DNA of 64,000 nt from Pseudooctadecabacter sp. (GTDB taxonomy: Bacteria > Pseudomonadota > Alphaproteobacteria > Rhodobacterales > Rhodobacteraceae): the NCBI RefSeq assembly GCF_965657175.1, contig NZ_CBFHNH010000003.1, positions 94,155 through 158,154 of the forward strand, read 5' to 3'. The notes beneath the pieces were generated by a model. That model searched no databases, was not told the DNA's origin, and saw only the letters and a program-made list of their open reading frames with translations. Each line of letters opens with the position of its first letter. Positions within the stretch are counted from its first letter, which is position 1. Position numbers and translations under genes: made by a program. Positions 1 to 9,161 of the stretch are shown piece after piece.

Positions 1-35
1 CCCAGAACTTTGGTCATTGTCATTGTGTCGAACAT
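1..35 (-). CDS. Membrane-anchored cytochrome c family protein, 5' end only (runs off window)
   Basis: Minus strand reads MFDTMTMTKVLG from ATG at 35. This N-terminus is typical of the Rhodobacteraceae cytochrome c encoded divergently from pheA. The heme motif lies outside the window. Confidence 0.6.
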   Translation of the reverse strand, partial: MFDTMTMTKVL

Positions 36-166
36 GTCGCGTTCCATTTTCTTCCTGATTCAAGCGCCATGTATCCGCTTCCCCCGCCAATGATCAAGGT
101 GTAGCACCGCGACGAAATGCCCATTTTTCGCAAACCGCGTCGAATGTGGGTCAGATGGGGGTAAAA

Positions 167-1015
167 ATGTCGAAACGCATCGCATTTCAGGGTGAACCGG
201 GCGCCTACGGCCATCAGGCCTGTGTTGAGGCCCGGCCAGATTTTGAGCCCCTCCCCTGCCCCACATTTGAGGCCGCCATTGATGCCGTGCGCACCGGTGA
301 GGCCGATCTGGGCATGATCGCAGTGGAAAATTCCACCTATGGTCGCGTGGGCGATGTGCACACTTTGTTGCCCAGCAGTGGGCTGCACATCGTGGATGAG
401 GCATTCGTGCGGGTTCATATCAACCTTCTTGGCAAACCTGGTGCGCAGCTTGACCAGATCCGGACCGCCAGCGGCCATGTTGTGATTCTGCCCCAGTGCG
501 GAAAATTCCTACGCAGCCACGGGATTGCGACCCAAGTCAGTCCGGACAATGCCCGTGCCGCCATGGATGTGGCCGATGGCGACGACATGACCGCAGGCGC
601 CTTGGCGTCTGAAATGGCGGCTGAGATTTACGGCCTCAACGTCATCGCGCGCCACATCGAAGACCACGATCGCAACACGACGCGGTTTTTGATTATGGCA
701 CGGGAGCCCGATTTCAACCGACGCGGCAAACACGGCATGGTCACCAGTTTTGTCTTCCGCGTGCGCAACATTCCCGCCGCCTTGTACAAAGCCATGGGCG
801 GGTTTGCGACCAACGGCGTCAACATGACCAAATTGGAAAGCTACATGGTCGGCGGCCAATTCACCGCCACGCAGTTCTACGCCGAAGTCGAAGGCCATCC
901 CGATGACCGCAACGTCAAACTGGCCATGGATGAACTGGATTATTTCACAGACCACATCCGGCTGATGGGTGTCTTCCCCGCAGCCCCGCGCCGTCTGGAA
1001 AAAGGCGACACTTAG
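167..1015 (+). CDS. pheA: Prephenate dehydratase
   Basis: IAFQGEPGAYG start, ENSTYG, NTTRF and ACT-domain LTKLESY-like motif. Start taken at ATG 167 (MSKRIAF). Confidence 0.95.
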   Translation: MSKRIAFQGEPGAYGHQACVEARPDFEPLPCPTFEAAIDAVRTGEADLGMIAVENSTYGRVGDVHTLLPSSGLHIVDEAFVRVHINLLGKPGAQLDQIRTASGHVVILPQCGKFLRSHGIATQVSPDNARAAMDVADGDDMTAGALASEMAAEIYGLNVIARHIEDHDRNTTRFLIMAREPDFNRRGKHGMVTSFVFRVRNIPAALYKAMGGFATNGVNMTKLESYMVGGQFTATQFYAEVEGHPDDRNVKLAMDELDYFTDHIRLMGVFPAAPRRLEKGDT

Positions 1016-1473
1016 GTCCGGTAACGTTTTTCGACGTCTTCAGCGAACCCCGCGACGGCCGCCTTGAACCGGCTTTGCGTCTTTTGCCGCGCGAATTTCA
1101 GGGATTGGAACAACAGTTTCGCGGGAATGGATTTCGCCGTCGCTTCAAACTGGACGTTCAGCCGCGTCCGCGCCCGAGACAGGGCCACCAAGTCAACCCG
1201 CAAGGCCCCGTCTGCACTTTTGGACTTCAAAGTCATTTCCATGGCGTTGGGTTTATCGGCCTGCGTGACCTCGCCCACGATTTTGCGTTCCACCCCACGC
1301 ATCAAGAATTTGACGCGCCATTTCGCGCCCAGCCCGTCGTCGTCGCCCTTTTCAAGCCGTTCAACATCGCCGCCGCGACGCATCACAGATCTTTCGAAGG
1401 TCGCAAAATCAGTGATTTGATCGAAAACAAATGCAATCGGTGCTTCGATATCTTCGTGCGTCGTAAGATCCAT
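1012..1473 (-). CDS. SRPBCC/START-like domain protein
   Basis: 153 aa, N-terminal 'EDIEAPIAFVFDQITDF' pattern and C-terminal helix typical of the SRPBCC fold. Confidence 0.7.
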   Translation of the reverse strand: MDLTTHEDIEAPIAFVFDQITDFATFERSVMRRGGDVERLEKGDDDGLGAKWRVKFLMRGVERKIVGEVTQADKPNAMEMTLKSKSADGALRVDLVALSRARTRLNVQFEATAKSIPAKLLFQSLKFARQKTQSRFKAAVAGFAEDVEKRYRT

Positions 1474-1526
1474 GTGTCACTGCCCATCGTCCGGCCCTTT
1501 ACGAACCTGTTCTACTGTCTAGACCG

Positions 1527-2480
1527 TTAATCTAGCGTGTCCGCCAACCAATTCTCTAGCAGAAAATGCGCGATCGCGCCTTTTCGGGCCGGTTTGATCG
1601 TCGGGTGTTGTCCCTGCGCCGCTTTGGCCATGTCTTCGCGGCTGACCCAGATCGCGTCTTCCAACTCAACAGGGTCCAGTGTGATTGTCGTTGACGTCGC
1701 CTCCCCGCGGCAGCCAATCATCAAGGACGATGGAAAGGCCCAGGGCTGGCTTGCCAGATAACTGACCGCCCCCACACGCACACCTGCTTCTTCGAATACC
1801 TCACGCCGGACGGCGGCCTCGATCGTCTCGCCGGGTTCAACGAAGCCCGCGAGCAGGGAGTACATCCCTTCCGGCCAACCAGGGGAGCGCCCAACCAGCA
1901 CATCATCGCCTGACGTGATCAACATAATCACCACTGGGTCTGTGCGCGGAAAGTGGGGCGTCCCACAGGCGGGACAAGACCTGCGCCAGCCTGCGTCGGC
2001 GGCTTCGCTCTGCGCGCCACAGGCCGAACAAAACCGATGGCTTTGGTGCCATCCCAAAACCGCCTTGGCGGTGGCCGCCAGTTCCGCGTCACGCGGTGTA
2101 AGCCCCATCATGATCGCGCGCAATTCGGCAAAGACCGCGTTGCCCGTTGCGGGGTGCTGCTGCAAGGTTGGGTCCAGAAAACTGCCCATCTGATCGGCCT
2201 CTGGCAGGTCGGGGTCCCAATGGTCCAGCGATACCGCAAAGACCGGCCCCGCGTCATCGACCCCCAAAAACAGGCGCACCTCGCCCGCGTCCGCCATCAC
2301 CGGATGGTCCAGCGGCACCCGCAACAGCGGCCCGCCATCCCCATCAGTCAACACCTTACCGCGCCAGATCACGATGCACCGCGCTGCCAAGTCCGCCGCC
2401 GTCGCCGCAATATCGCCCCGCAACTGCGCTGCACGATCAAGGCCGGAGCCCCCGAAGGTCACTGTCTCTGCATGTTTCAT
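1527..2480 (-). CDS. nudC: NADH pyrophosphatase (NAD-cap decapping Nudix hydrolase)
   Basis: CSACG...CPAC zinc ribbon, FPRTDPVVI, Nudix box GFVEPGETIEAAVRREVFEEAG, SQPWAFPSSLM. Start at MKHAETVTF (2480). Confidence 0.95.
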   Translation of the reverse strand: MKHAETVTFGGSGLDRAAQLRGDIAATAADLAARCIVIWRGKVLTDGDGGPLLRVPLDHPVMADAGEVRLFLGVDDAGPVFAVSLDHWDPDLPEADQMGSFLDPTLQQHPATGNAVFAELRAIMMGLTPRDAELAATAKAVLGWHQSHRFCSACGAQSEAADAGWRRSCPACGTPHFPRTDPVVIMLITSGDDVLVGRSPGWPEGMYSLLAGFVEPGETIEAAVRREVFEEAGVRVGAVSYLASQPWAFPSSLMIGCRGEATSTTITLDPVELEDAIWVSREDMAKAAQGQHPTIKPARKGAIAHFLLENWLADTLD

Positions 2481-2524
2481 ACCTGCCAAGTTGCACGGGA
2501 TATGGCCACGCACAAGACCACCCC

Positions 2525-2553
2525 TTGCATGGCGCCTCTCTCATTCGTATATG
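2525..2553 (+). promoter_or_regulatory. Sigma70-type promoter of SRP RNA
   Basis: TTGCAT-N17-TATATG ending about 6 nt before the 5' stem of the SRP RNA. Confidence 0.7.
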
Positions 2554-2558
2554 ACCGA

Positions 2559-2654
2559 TGAGGGGTTGGCGCGGGCAAGTGCCTCGCCAACCTGGTCAGG
2601 TCCGGAAGGAAGCAGCCACAACGAGCCCCACTTGGGTCGATGTCCAACCTCTCA
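2559..2654 (+). ncRNA. ffs: Signal recognition particle RNA (4.5S, small bacterial SRP)
   Basis: Contains the conserved helix-8 sequence GGTCAGGTCCGGAAGGAAGCAGCC. Terminal stem TGAGGGGTTGG / CCAACCTCTCA. Confidence 0.95.
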
Positions 2655-2724
2655 CCCACGTCGCTTTTTTGCGCAGCAAAAGCCTTGGCTTTCGCGAACG
2701 ACAAAAGAACGCTATCTCCTGCGC

Positions 2725-3747
2725 ATGACCCAAACCCTCACCACCCTCGGCTGGTCCGATCATTTTGCCCGTCAGTTGACGCTGGAGGACACCCAGCGTC
2801 CCGTGCGGATCACCGCCGTGCACCGGTCCCGTCTGGACGGGCTGACAGCGGACGGCACACCGTCGCTGTCCCCCACAGTTGAGGCGGGGCGCTATGCCGT
2901 GGGCGATTGGGTCATCGCCACCGGTGCCTCCGCGTCCGAGCCGTTGGAGCGTACAACTGAAATCACCCGCCGCGCCGCAGGCGAAGAATCAAAACCACAG
3001 CTGATCGCGGCCAACGTCGACACCCTTGGCATTGTCACCAGCTGCAACGCCGATTTCAACGTGGCCCGTCTGGAACGGTATCTGTCAATGTGTGCGGCAT
3101 CCGGTTGTTTGCCGCTGGTGATCCTGACGAAAGCCGATCTGACCGACGATGTGTCGGACTACATCAAACAGGCCGAAAGTCTGTCGCCTGTGCTGACGGC
3201 CATCGCGATCAATGCCAAAGATGACGACGACGTGGCGCGCCTTGGACCGTGGTGCAACAAGGGCCAGACGCTGGCCTTGGTGGGATCGTCCGGCGTGGGC
3301 AAAACCACGATCCAGAACCGCCTGACGGGCCAGATTGATGCTACCCAAGACATCCGCGAAGACGACGCCAAAGGCCGCCACACCACAACCAACCGCAACC
3401 TGCGCGCCACCACCGCGGGCGGCTGGCTAATCGACACACCGGGCATGCGCGAATTGCGTCTGGTCGACGCAGAAGACGGTGTGGATGAGGTCTTTGCCGA
3501 CATCACAGACTTGGCCGTGCAGTGTAAATTCAACGATTGCGCCCACCGCACTGAACCGGGCTGCAAAGTTCGCGCCGCGATTGAGGCCGGTGATCTGGAC
3601 GCGGACAGGCTGGAACGTTGGCGCAAGCTGGAACGCGAAAACCGGTTCAACACCGCAACCGTTGGCGAAAATCGCGGCCACCTGAAGCGGCTGCAAAAGA
3701 TGTATAACGAAGGCAAGGAACGTGGGGCGGCCAAAAGGCGGCGGTAA
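2725..3747 (+). CDS. rsgA: Ribosome small subunit-dependent GTPase A (RsgA/YjeQ family)
   Basis: Circularly permuted GTPase: TKAD, GSSGVGKTT, KGRHTT, DTPG, and zinc finger CKFNDCAH..EPGC. Start at MTQTLTTLGW (2725). Confidence 0.92.
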   Translation: MTQTLTTLGWSDHFARQLTLEDTQRPVRITAVHRSRLDGLTADGTPSLSPTVEAGRYAVGDWVIATGASASEPLERTTEITRRAAGEESKPQLIAANVDTLGIVTSCNADFNVARLERYLSMCAASGCLPLVILTKADLTDDVSDYIKQAESLSPVLTAIAINAKDDDDVARLGPWCNKGQTLALVGSSGVGKTTIQNRLTGQIDATQDIREDDAKGRHTTTNRNLRATTAGGWLIDTPGMRELRLVDAEDGVDEVFADITDLAVQCKFNDCAHRTEPGCKVRAAIEAGDLDADRLERWRKLERENRFNTATVGENRGHLKRLQKMYNEGKERGAAKRRR

Positions 3748-4227
3748 CTACCCCGCCGCCCAGTCAAACTGCGCGTCCCGTTCCACCGCACAGGGCCGCA
3801 CGGCCCGCAGCCGCGCCAGCGCCTGATCGGCAGGCTCCCCCGCCTCGACCATCAGCCGCAGGGCGACCATGCCCGACCGACCACAGCCCCCAAAACAATG
3901 CACCAGAATTTTGCCGCCCCGCGCCAAAACCTCCGCCGCGTGTCCGCTGACATCGGCCCAAAGGGCGCGGACAGGTGGCCGCGGTGCGCCAAAATCTTCA
4001 ACCGGTAAATGCAGCCAAGTGACGCCAGCCGCCGAGAGGTCATCGCCAAACCCTGCGGCCCCCATGCGGTCCAACTCAGCCCCGGTGGTCATGGTCAAAA
4101 CCATGTCCGGCCCCCAATGCAACACGGTGGACAGGTCGTTTTCATAGGACCCCGACCGGCCCGGAATGGGCGACAACGCCACCTGCCCTTGGGCCACATC
4201 CACCGCAAAAATCCCAAACTCTGCCAT
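3748..4227 (-). CDS. Dual-specificity/protein-tyrosine phosphatase family protein
   Basis: CX5R loop HCFGGCGRSG, HLPVEDFGAP acid loop, AVE..AQ Q-loop. Confidence 0.85.
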   Translation of the reverse strand: MAEFGIFAVDVAQGQVALSPIPGRSGSYENDLSTVLHWGPDMVLTMTTGAELDRMGAAGFGDDLSAAGVTWLHLPVEDFGAPRPPVRALWADVSGHAAEVLARGGKILVHCFGGCGRSGMVALRLMVEAGEPADQALARLRAVRPCAVERDAQFDWAAG

Positions 4228-4271
4228 TGGCGCGCCCTCGCTTTTGTCGCGGTCTCCGCTATATCTGGGTC

Positions 4272-4634
4272 ATGGGAAAATCAGAAGACCTTGCCGAAAA
4301 CCGCACCGATTGGGCCGAAGACCGCACGTTGATGGCCAATGAACGTACCTTTGCCAGCTGGACCGGCGGCGGCATGGGCGCGATTGGTCTGGCGCTGGCC
4401 TTTAAAGCCGTCTTTGGCGATTTTGAGCCGCTGATTGTGGCCCGCGTGGTGGCCCAAATCCCGCTGATTGCCGCAATCGTTCTGTTCTGGTCGGCCCGCC
4501 GCAAAGCCTGCCACACGATTGAACGCCTGAACGAACGCACCGTAGAGTCGGCCTCGACCACGACGCTGACGATCATCACGGTGCTGATGACTGCCACAGC
4601 CATCGGCGCGGGCTTCATTCTTTGGTTTGTCTAG
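4272..4634 (+). CDS. YidH/DUF202 family membrane protein
   Basis: 'RTDWAEDRTLMANERTFASW' DUF202 signature plus three hydrophobic segments. Start at ATG 4272. Confidence 0.85.
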   Translation: MGKSEDLAENRTDWAEDRTLMANERTFASWTGGGMGAIGLALAFKAVFGDFEPLIVARVVAQIPLIAAIVLFWSARRKACHTIERLNERTVESASTTTLTIITVLMTATAIGAGFILWFV

Positions 4635-4663
4635 TGGACGCCCCGCACCCCCGCGCATAGTCT
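4635..4663 (+). promoter_or_regulatory. Sigma70-type promoter of dnaX (leaderless geometry)
   Basis: TGGACG-N17-TAGTCT, then 6 nt to ATG 4670. No Shine-Dalgarno. Confidence 0.6.
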
Positions 4664-4669
4664 AGCGCA

Positions 4670-6427
4670 ATGACCGAATCCGACAGCACCCAGTACCAAG
4701 TCCTCGCCCGGAAATACCGCCCCGAGACGTTCGCCGACCTCGTCGGTCAAGACGCCATGGTGCGCACCCTGAAAAACGCCTTCGCCGCAGACCGCATCGC
4801 GCAGGCGTTCATCATGACGGGCATTCGGGGAACCGGTAAAACGACGACCGCACGGATCATCGCCAAAGGCATGAATTGCATCGGGCCGGACGGAAATGGC
4901 GGTCCCACAACGGAACCCTGCGGGGTCTGCGAAAACTGCGTGGCGATCATGGAAGGCCGCCACGTCGACGTCATGGAAATGGACGCCGCATCGCGCACCG
5001 GCGTGGGCGACATCCGCGAAATTATCGAAAGTGTGCATTACCGCGCGGCCTCTGCCCGCTATAAAATCTACATCATCGACGAAGTTCACATGCTGTCGAC
5101 ATCTGCGTTCAACGCACTTCTCAAGACGCTCGAAGAACCGCCCGCCCATGTGAAATTCATCTTTGCCACCACCGAAATCCGCAAGGTGCCGGTGACGGTC
5201 CTGTCCCGCTGTCAGCGCTTTGATTTGCGCCGGATCGAACCCGAAGACCAGATCGCCCTGCTGCGCCGCATCGCCACCGCCGAAGGGGCCGAGATCACTG
5301 ACGACGCTTTGGCGCTGATCACCCGCGCCGCCGAAGGATCGGCCCGTGATGCGCAATCGCTGCTGGATCAGGCCATTTCCCACGGGGCTGGCGAAACCAC
5401 CGCCGAACAGGTGCGCGCCATGCTGGGTTTGGCGGATCGGGGCCGTGTGCTGGACCTGTTTGACATGATCCTCAAAGGTCATGCGGCTGAGGCCCTGACC
5501 GAACTGTCCAGCCAATACGCCGATGGCGCGGACCCCATGGCGATCCTGCGCGATCTGGCCGAAATCGCCCATTGGGTCAGCGTGATCAAGATCACCCCCG
5601 ACGCTGCCGAAGACCCCACCGTGGGACCCGATGAACGCACCCGCGGCGCCGACATGGCCGAGGCGCTGCCCATGCGCGTCCTGACCCGATTGTGGCAGAT
5701 GCTGTTGAAAGCATTGGAAGAAGTCTCCATGGCGCCCAACGCGATGATGGCTGCCGAAATGGCGGTGATCCGCCTGACCCATGTGGCCGACCTGCCCAGC
5801 CCCGAAGAACTCGTGCGCAAACTGGACGGTCAAACACCGCCGCCCCCCACCACAGGCGGCGGCGCCCCCCGCCCTGCGCAATCCGCCCCGCCCGACGCGC
5901 GCGGTGCACCGGCCCCCACCCATTCCGGCCCGTCCGGCACGTCCATGTCCGCAGGTGGCGCGGCGGTGGCCATTGCCACGCAAGAAGCGCTGCAACACTA
6001 CCCGACTTTCGATCATGTGGCCGAACTCATCCGCCGCCACCGCGATGTCAAATTGCTGGTTGAGGTTGAGACCGGCGTGCGACTGGCCGCCTATCAACCG
6101 GGCCGGATCGAATTTGAACCGGCCCCCAACGCCCCGCAGGATTTGGCCCAACGGCTCGGCTCTCGTTTGCAGGCGTGGACAGGCAACCGCTGGGCCGTAA
6201 CCGTGGTCAACGACGGTGGCGCACCCACCATCGCGGAAGTCCGCGACGCCGAAATGAACGCCCTGCGCGACCGCGCCACAACGCACCCCGTGGTGCAGGC
6301 CGTGCTGTCCCAATTCCCCGGCGCCAAGATCACCGAAATCCGCAGCCCCAAAGAGCTTGAGGCCGAAGCCCAGCAAGACGCCTTGCAAGAGGTCGAAGAC
6401 GAATGGGACCCCTTCGAAGACAGCTAA
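4670..6427 (+). CDS. dnaX: DNA polymerase III subunit gamma/tau
   Basis: YQVLARKYRP, GIRGTGKTT, CGVCENC, IIDEVHMLS, LSRCQRF. Confidence 0.98.
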   Translation: MTESDSTQYQVLARKYRPETFADLVGQDAMVRTLKNAFAADRIAQAFIMTGIRGTGKTTTARIIAKGMNCIGPDGNGGPTTEPCGVCENCVAIMEGRHVDVMEMDAASRTGVGDIREIIESVHYRAASARYKIYIIDEVHMLSTSAFNALLKTLEEPPAHVKFIFATTEIRKVPVTVLSRCQRFDLRRIEPEDQIALLRRIATAEGAEITDDALALITRAAEGSARDAQSLLDQAISHGAGETTAEQVRAMLGLADRGRVLDLFDMILKGHAAEALTELSSQYADGADPMAILRDLAEIAHWVSVIKITPDAAEDPTVGPDERTRGADMAEALPMRVLTRLWQMLLKALEEVSMAPNAMMAAEMAVIRLTHVADLPSPEELVRKLDGQTPPPPTTGGGAPRPAQSAPPDARGAPAPTHSGPSGTSMSAGGAAVAIATQEALQHYPTFDHVAELIRRHRDVKLLVEVETGVRLAAYQPGRIEFEPAPNAPQDLAQRLGSRLQAWTGNRWAVTVVNDGGAPTIAEVRDAEMNALRDRATTHPVVQAVLSQFPGAKITEIRSPKELEAEAQQDALQEVEDEWDPFEDS

Positions 6428-6456
6428 CTTGCGGCACCCCGCGCCCCCGCCTATCT
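6428..6456 (+). promoter_or_regulatory. RpoH (sigma32)-type promoter for ybaB-recR
   Basis: CTTGCG-N16-CCTATCT matches the alphaproteobacterial RpoH consensus CTTG..-N15/16-CCTAT(A/C)T. Confidence 0.55.
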
Positions 6457-6486
6457 AAGGGGCAACACATGAATAGGAGACGACAG

Positions 6487-6831
6487 ATGTTCAAAGGACT
6501 TGGCGGGCTTGGCGATATGGCCGGCATGATGAAAAAAGCCCAGCAGATGCAAACCGAGATGGCCGCCCTGCAGGAAGAACTGCACAACGTCATGGTCGTG
6601 GGCGAAAGCGGCGCGGGTCTGGTAAAGGCCACGGCCTCTGCCAAAGGTGAACTCAAAGCGCTCGACATTGATCCATCCATCTTCAACGGCGACGACAAAG
6701 AAGTGGTCGAAGACCTGATCCTCGCGGCGATCAAAGACGCCCAAGGCAAAGCCTCGGACAAAGCGCAGGAAGAGATGGCGAAGCTGACCGAAAGCCTCGG
6801 CCTGCCCGCCGATATGAAGCTGCCTTTCTAA
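6487..6831 (+). CDS. ybaB: YbaB/EbfC nucleoid-associated protein
   Basis: MMKKAQQMQ...GESGAGLVKAT...EDLILAAIKDA, located between dnaX and recR. AGGAG RBS before ATG 6487. Confidence 0.93.
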   Translation: MFKGLGGLGDMAGMMKKAQQMQTEMAALQEELHNVMVVGESGAGLVKATASAKGELKALDIDPSIFNGDDKEVVEDLILAAIKDAQGKASDKAQEEMAKLTESLGLPADMKLPF

Positions 6832-6834
6832 AAC

Positions 6835-7428
6835 GTGTCCCAAGCGCCCAAGGACATCGACGCGCTGATCGACCTCATGGCCCGCTTGCCGGGCCTTGGG
6901 CCGCGATCTGCCCGTCGTGCGGTCCTGCATCTGATCAAAAAACGCGGACAACTTCTCAACCCGCTGGCAGACGCCATGGCTACGGTCGGTGCGACGGCGC
7001 GCGAATGCCTCAACTGCGGCAACATCGGAACATCCGACATCTGCGAAATCTGTGACAGTGAAAAACGGGCGACGGGCCAAATCTGCGTGGTTGAAGACGT
7101 GGCTGACCTATGGGCCATGGAACGCGCAGGCGTCTTTAAGGGCCGTTATCACGTGCTGGGCGGCACATTGTCGGCCCTTGATGACATCGGCCCCGATGAA
7201 TTGCGCATCCCCAAACTGCGTGACCGGATCACCACGGAAAACGTGACCGAAGTCATCCTCGCTTTGGGTGCAACAATCGATGGGCAGACAACGGCCCACT
7301 ACATTGCCGACGAATTGCAAGGCATCCAAGTCACATCACTGGCCCAAGGCGTCCCCGTGGGCGGTGAACTTGATTACCTCGACGATGGCACAATCACCGC
7401 AGCGATCAACGCGCGCAAAGCCCTCTGA
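6835..7428 (+). CDS. recR: Recombination mediator RecR
   Basis: [11 protein letters not shown] HhH, C4 zinc finger, TOPRIM ([23 protein letters not shown]), LDYLDDGT. Confidence 0.98.
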   Translation: MSQAPKDIDALIDLMARLPGLGPRSARRAVLHLIKKRGQLLNPLADAMATVGATARECLNCGNIGTSDICEICDSEKRATGQICVVEDVADLWAMERAGVFKGRYHVLGGTLSALDDIGPDELRIPKLRDRITTENVTEVILALGATIDGQTTAHYIADELQGIQVTSLAQGVPVGGELDYLDDGTITAAINARKAL

Positions 7429-7479
7429 CCGCATTCTCGCCTGAAACCCTCCACTGGAGGCTTTACGAGACGGCTCGAA

Positions 7480-7514
7480 CTCTCTGGTTCCCAAATACCT
7501 CCGCCGGAGGCTCC
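7480..7514 (+). repeat. Intergenic repeat family, copy A
   Basis: CTCTCTGGTTCCCAAATACCTCCGCCGGAGGCTCC is near-identical to the reverse complement of 27023-27053. Confidence 0.8.
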
Positions 7515-7586
7515 AACACCGCCACGTTCGCCCACGTCTGGCACGGCACACACCAGAACCTCAAACGCACCCAATCAAACAAAACA

Positions 7587-7619
7587 AAACCGCCCCTGCC
7601 GTCAGGCGGGGCGGTTTTT
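7587..7619. terminator. Bidirectional intrinsic terminator (recR / DUF1013)
   Basis: AAAACCGCCCC...GGGGCGGTTTTT GC stem with A and T tails between convergent genes. Confidence 0.8.
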
Positions 7620-7648
7620 CAATTCACCAAATGATGCGTGACGCCGGA

Positions 7649-8398
7649 TCAATCCTCGTCGTCGCTGCCGTCATCGTCGGGCAGGTTAAAGAACGTATCC
7701 GCATCCGGCACCGATGTATCTTCCTCGGGCTCGGGCGCGTCAGACAACGTAAACGTCTCAAGACCGGCCATGCCAGCTGGGATCTTGGGCTCATCAGGGT
7801 CCGCGCCCAAGCTTTGCTCCGTCGATACCAGTTTGCGACGTTCATCGTCCGTCATAACGCCGCCTTCTTCGGCTTTCTTGGCGTTGGCCTTTTGCACAGC
7901 GGCATCCAGTTCGGACTGTTTGCACAGACCCAAGGCCACCGGATCAATCGGTTCGATATTGTTGATGTTCCAGTGGGTCCGTTCACGGATGGCCTGAATG
8001 GTGGGCTTCGTGGTGCCTACCAGTTTGGACACCTGACCGTCGGACAGTTCGGGGTGGAACTTCACCAACCAATAGATCGACGCAGGCCGATCCTGACGTT
8101 TGGACAGGGGTGTGTACCGCGGCCCACGGCGCTTTTCTTCGCCGGCAGACGCAGGATTATACAGAAGCTTCAGCTTGTGGGACGGATCAGCCTCGGCCTT
8201 GTCAATCTCGTCTTGGGTCAGCTGTTTGTTGGCAATGGGGTCAAAGCCCTTAACGCCTTGGGCCACGTCGCCATCAGCGATGCCCTGCACTTCCAATTCA
8301 TGCAAGCCACAGAAATCCGCGATCTGCTTGAAGGTCATTGTTGTGTTGTCACACAGCCAGACGGCTGTGGCTTTTGCCATAATTGGTGTGCCGCTCAT
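7649..8398 (-). CDS. DUF1013 domain-containing protein
   Basis: 'PIMAKATAVWLCDNTTMTFKQIADFCGLHELEVQGIADG' and 'RGPRYTPLSKRQDRP' conserved blocks. Start MSGTPIM (8398) after AGGAGA. Confidence 0.9.
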   Translation of the reverse strand: MSGTPIMAKATAVWLCDNTTMTFKQIADFCGLHELEVQGIADGDVAQGVKGFDPIANKQLTQDEIDKAEADPSHKLKLLYNPASAGEEKRRGPRYTPLSKRQDRPASIYWLVKFHPELSDGQVSKLVGTTKPTIQAIRERTHWNINNIEPIDPVALGLCKQSELDAAVQKANAKKAEEGGVMTDDERRKLVSTEQSLGADPDEPKIPAGMAGLETFTLSDAPEPEEDTSVPDADTFFNLPDDDGSDDED

Positions 8399-8530
8399 CG
8401 CATCTCTCCTTGTCAATTCGACACGCCTCTCCCGCGCCCTTGAAGGGGCAGACCGTTTCAGGCCGGGTTCACGTTGTCGGGGAACTTGAAGTGTATATAG
8501 TCGCGCAAACGATTTATGGAAAGACCCGAA

Positions 8531-9160
8531 ATGCTGCGCGCCTTTGCCCTGTTGATGATCCTTGCCCTTCCCGCCAAAGCCCAAGACGTGGCGGGTGAAT
8601 TCGACTACTACGTTTTGTCCCTGTCATGGTCCCCCAACTGGTGCGCGCTGGAGGGTGATTCCCGTGGATCACCCCAATGCGACGACGACCGCGATTTTGG
8701 CTGGGTGCTGCACGGCCTTTGGCCGCAATACGAACGCGGCTGGCCCGCCGATTGCCGCCACACCTTCCGCAACCCGTCCCGCGCGGACACCGCCGCCATG
8801 GCCGACATCATGGGCACCAGTGGTCTGGCGTGGTACCAGTGGAACAAACACGGATCCTGCAGCGGGCTGTCGCCGGACGACTATTACGCCTTGTCACGCG
8901 AAGCCTACGGGCAGTTCACCCGGCCCGAGGTGTTCCGCCGTCTGACCGACCCGGTGACCCTTCCAGCATCCCTTATCGAAGAGGCTTTCATGCGCGACAA
9001 CGAAGGCTTGGACGCCGATGAAATCACGATCACCTGCAGGTCTGGCCGCATACAGGAGGCGCGCATCTGCCTGACCCGTGATCTGGAACCGCGCCGCTGC
9101 GGGTCTGACGTGATCCGCGATTGCACGCTGGATGACGCGCTGTTCGATCCGGTCCGGTAG
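8531..9160 (+). CDS. Ribonuclease T2 family protein, secreted
   Basis: Signal peptide, FDYYVLSLSWSPNWC, CAS I HGLWPQ, CAS II QWNKHGSC. Confidence 0.92.
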   Translation: MLRAFALLMILALPAKAQDVAGEFDYYVLSLSWSPNWCALEGDSRGSPQCDDDRDFGWVLHGLWPQYERGWPADCRHTFRNPSRADTAAMADIMGTSGLAWYQWNKHGSCSGLSPDDYYALSREAYGQFTRPEVFRRLTDPVTLPASLIEEAFMRDNEGLDADEITITCRSGRIQEARICLTRDLEPRRCGSDVIRDCTLDDALFDPVR

Positions 9161-9161
9161 C

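Noticed and set aside
60-166. FNR/FnrL box between the cytochrome c gene and pheA
   Set aside because: Only an ATCAA half-site is present, with no TTGAT at the correct spacing.
2374-2724. N-terminal extensions in the ORF track (rsgA, DUF1013, dat, dgcA, pyrB, rsmE, moaB and others)
   Set aside because: They overlap ffs, repeats or neighbouring genes. Downstream starts fit the family N-termini and the RBS or overlap signals better.
3748-4227. CX5R phosphatase as the eraser for the Ser-peptide kinase
   Set aside because: It is 15 kb away in an unrelated neighbourhood. Nothing in the sequence links them, and CX5R enzymes are not typical pSer-repeat phosphatases.
4631-6388. Long antisense ORFs (e.g. 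585 aa opposite dnaX, 408 aa opposite lysA, 362 aa opposite TIGR02302, 371 aa opposite mcl1)
   Set aside because: Shadow frames of well-conserved genes in a GC-rich genome. They have no motifs or RBS, and their composition reflects reverse-complement codons.
4670-6427. Programmed -1 frameshift producing gamma from dnaX
   Set aside because: I found no A-AAA-AAG slippery heptamer or long A run in the gene.
7429-7586. Possible tRNA or sRNA in the recR-DUF1013 spacer
   Set aside because: No cloverleaf or TTCGA T-loop context. The hairpins are explained by the repeat copy and the terminator.
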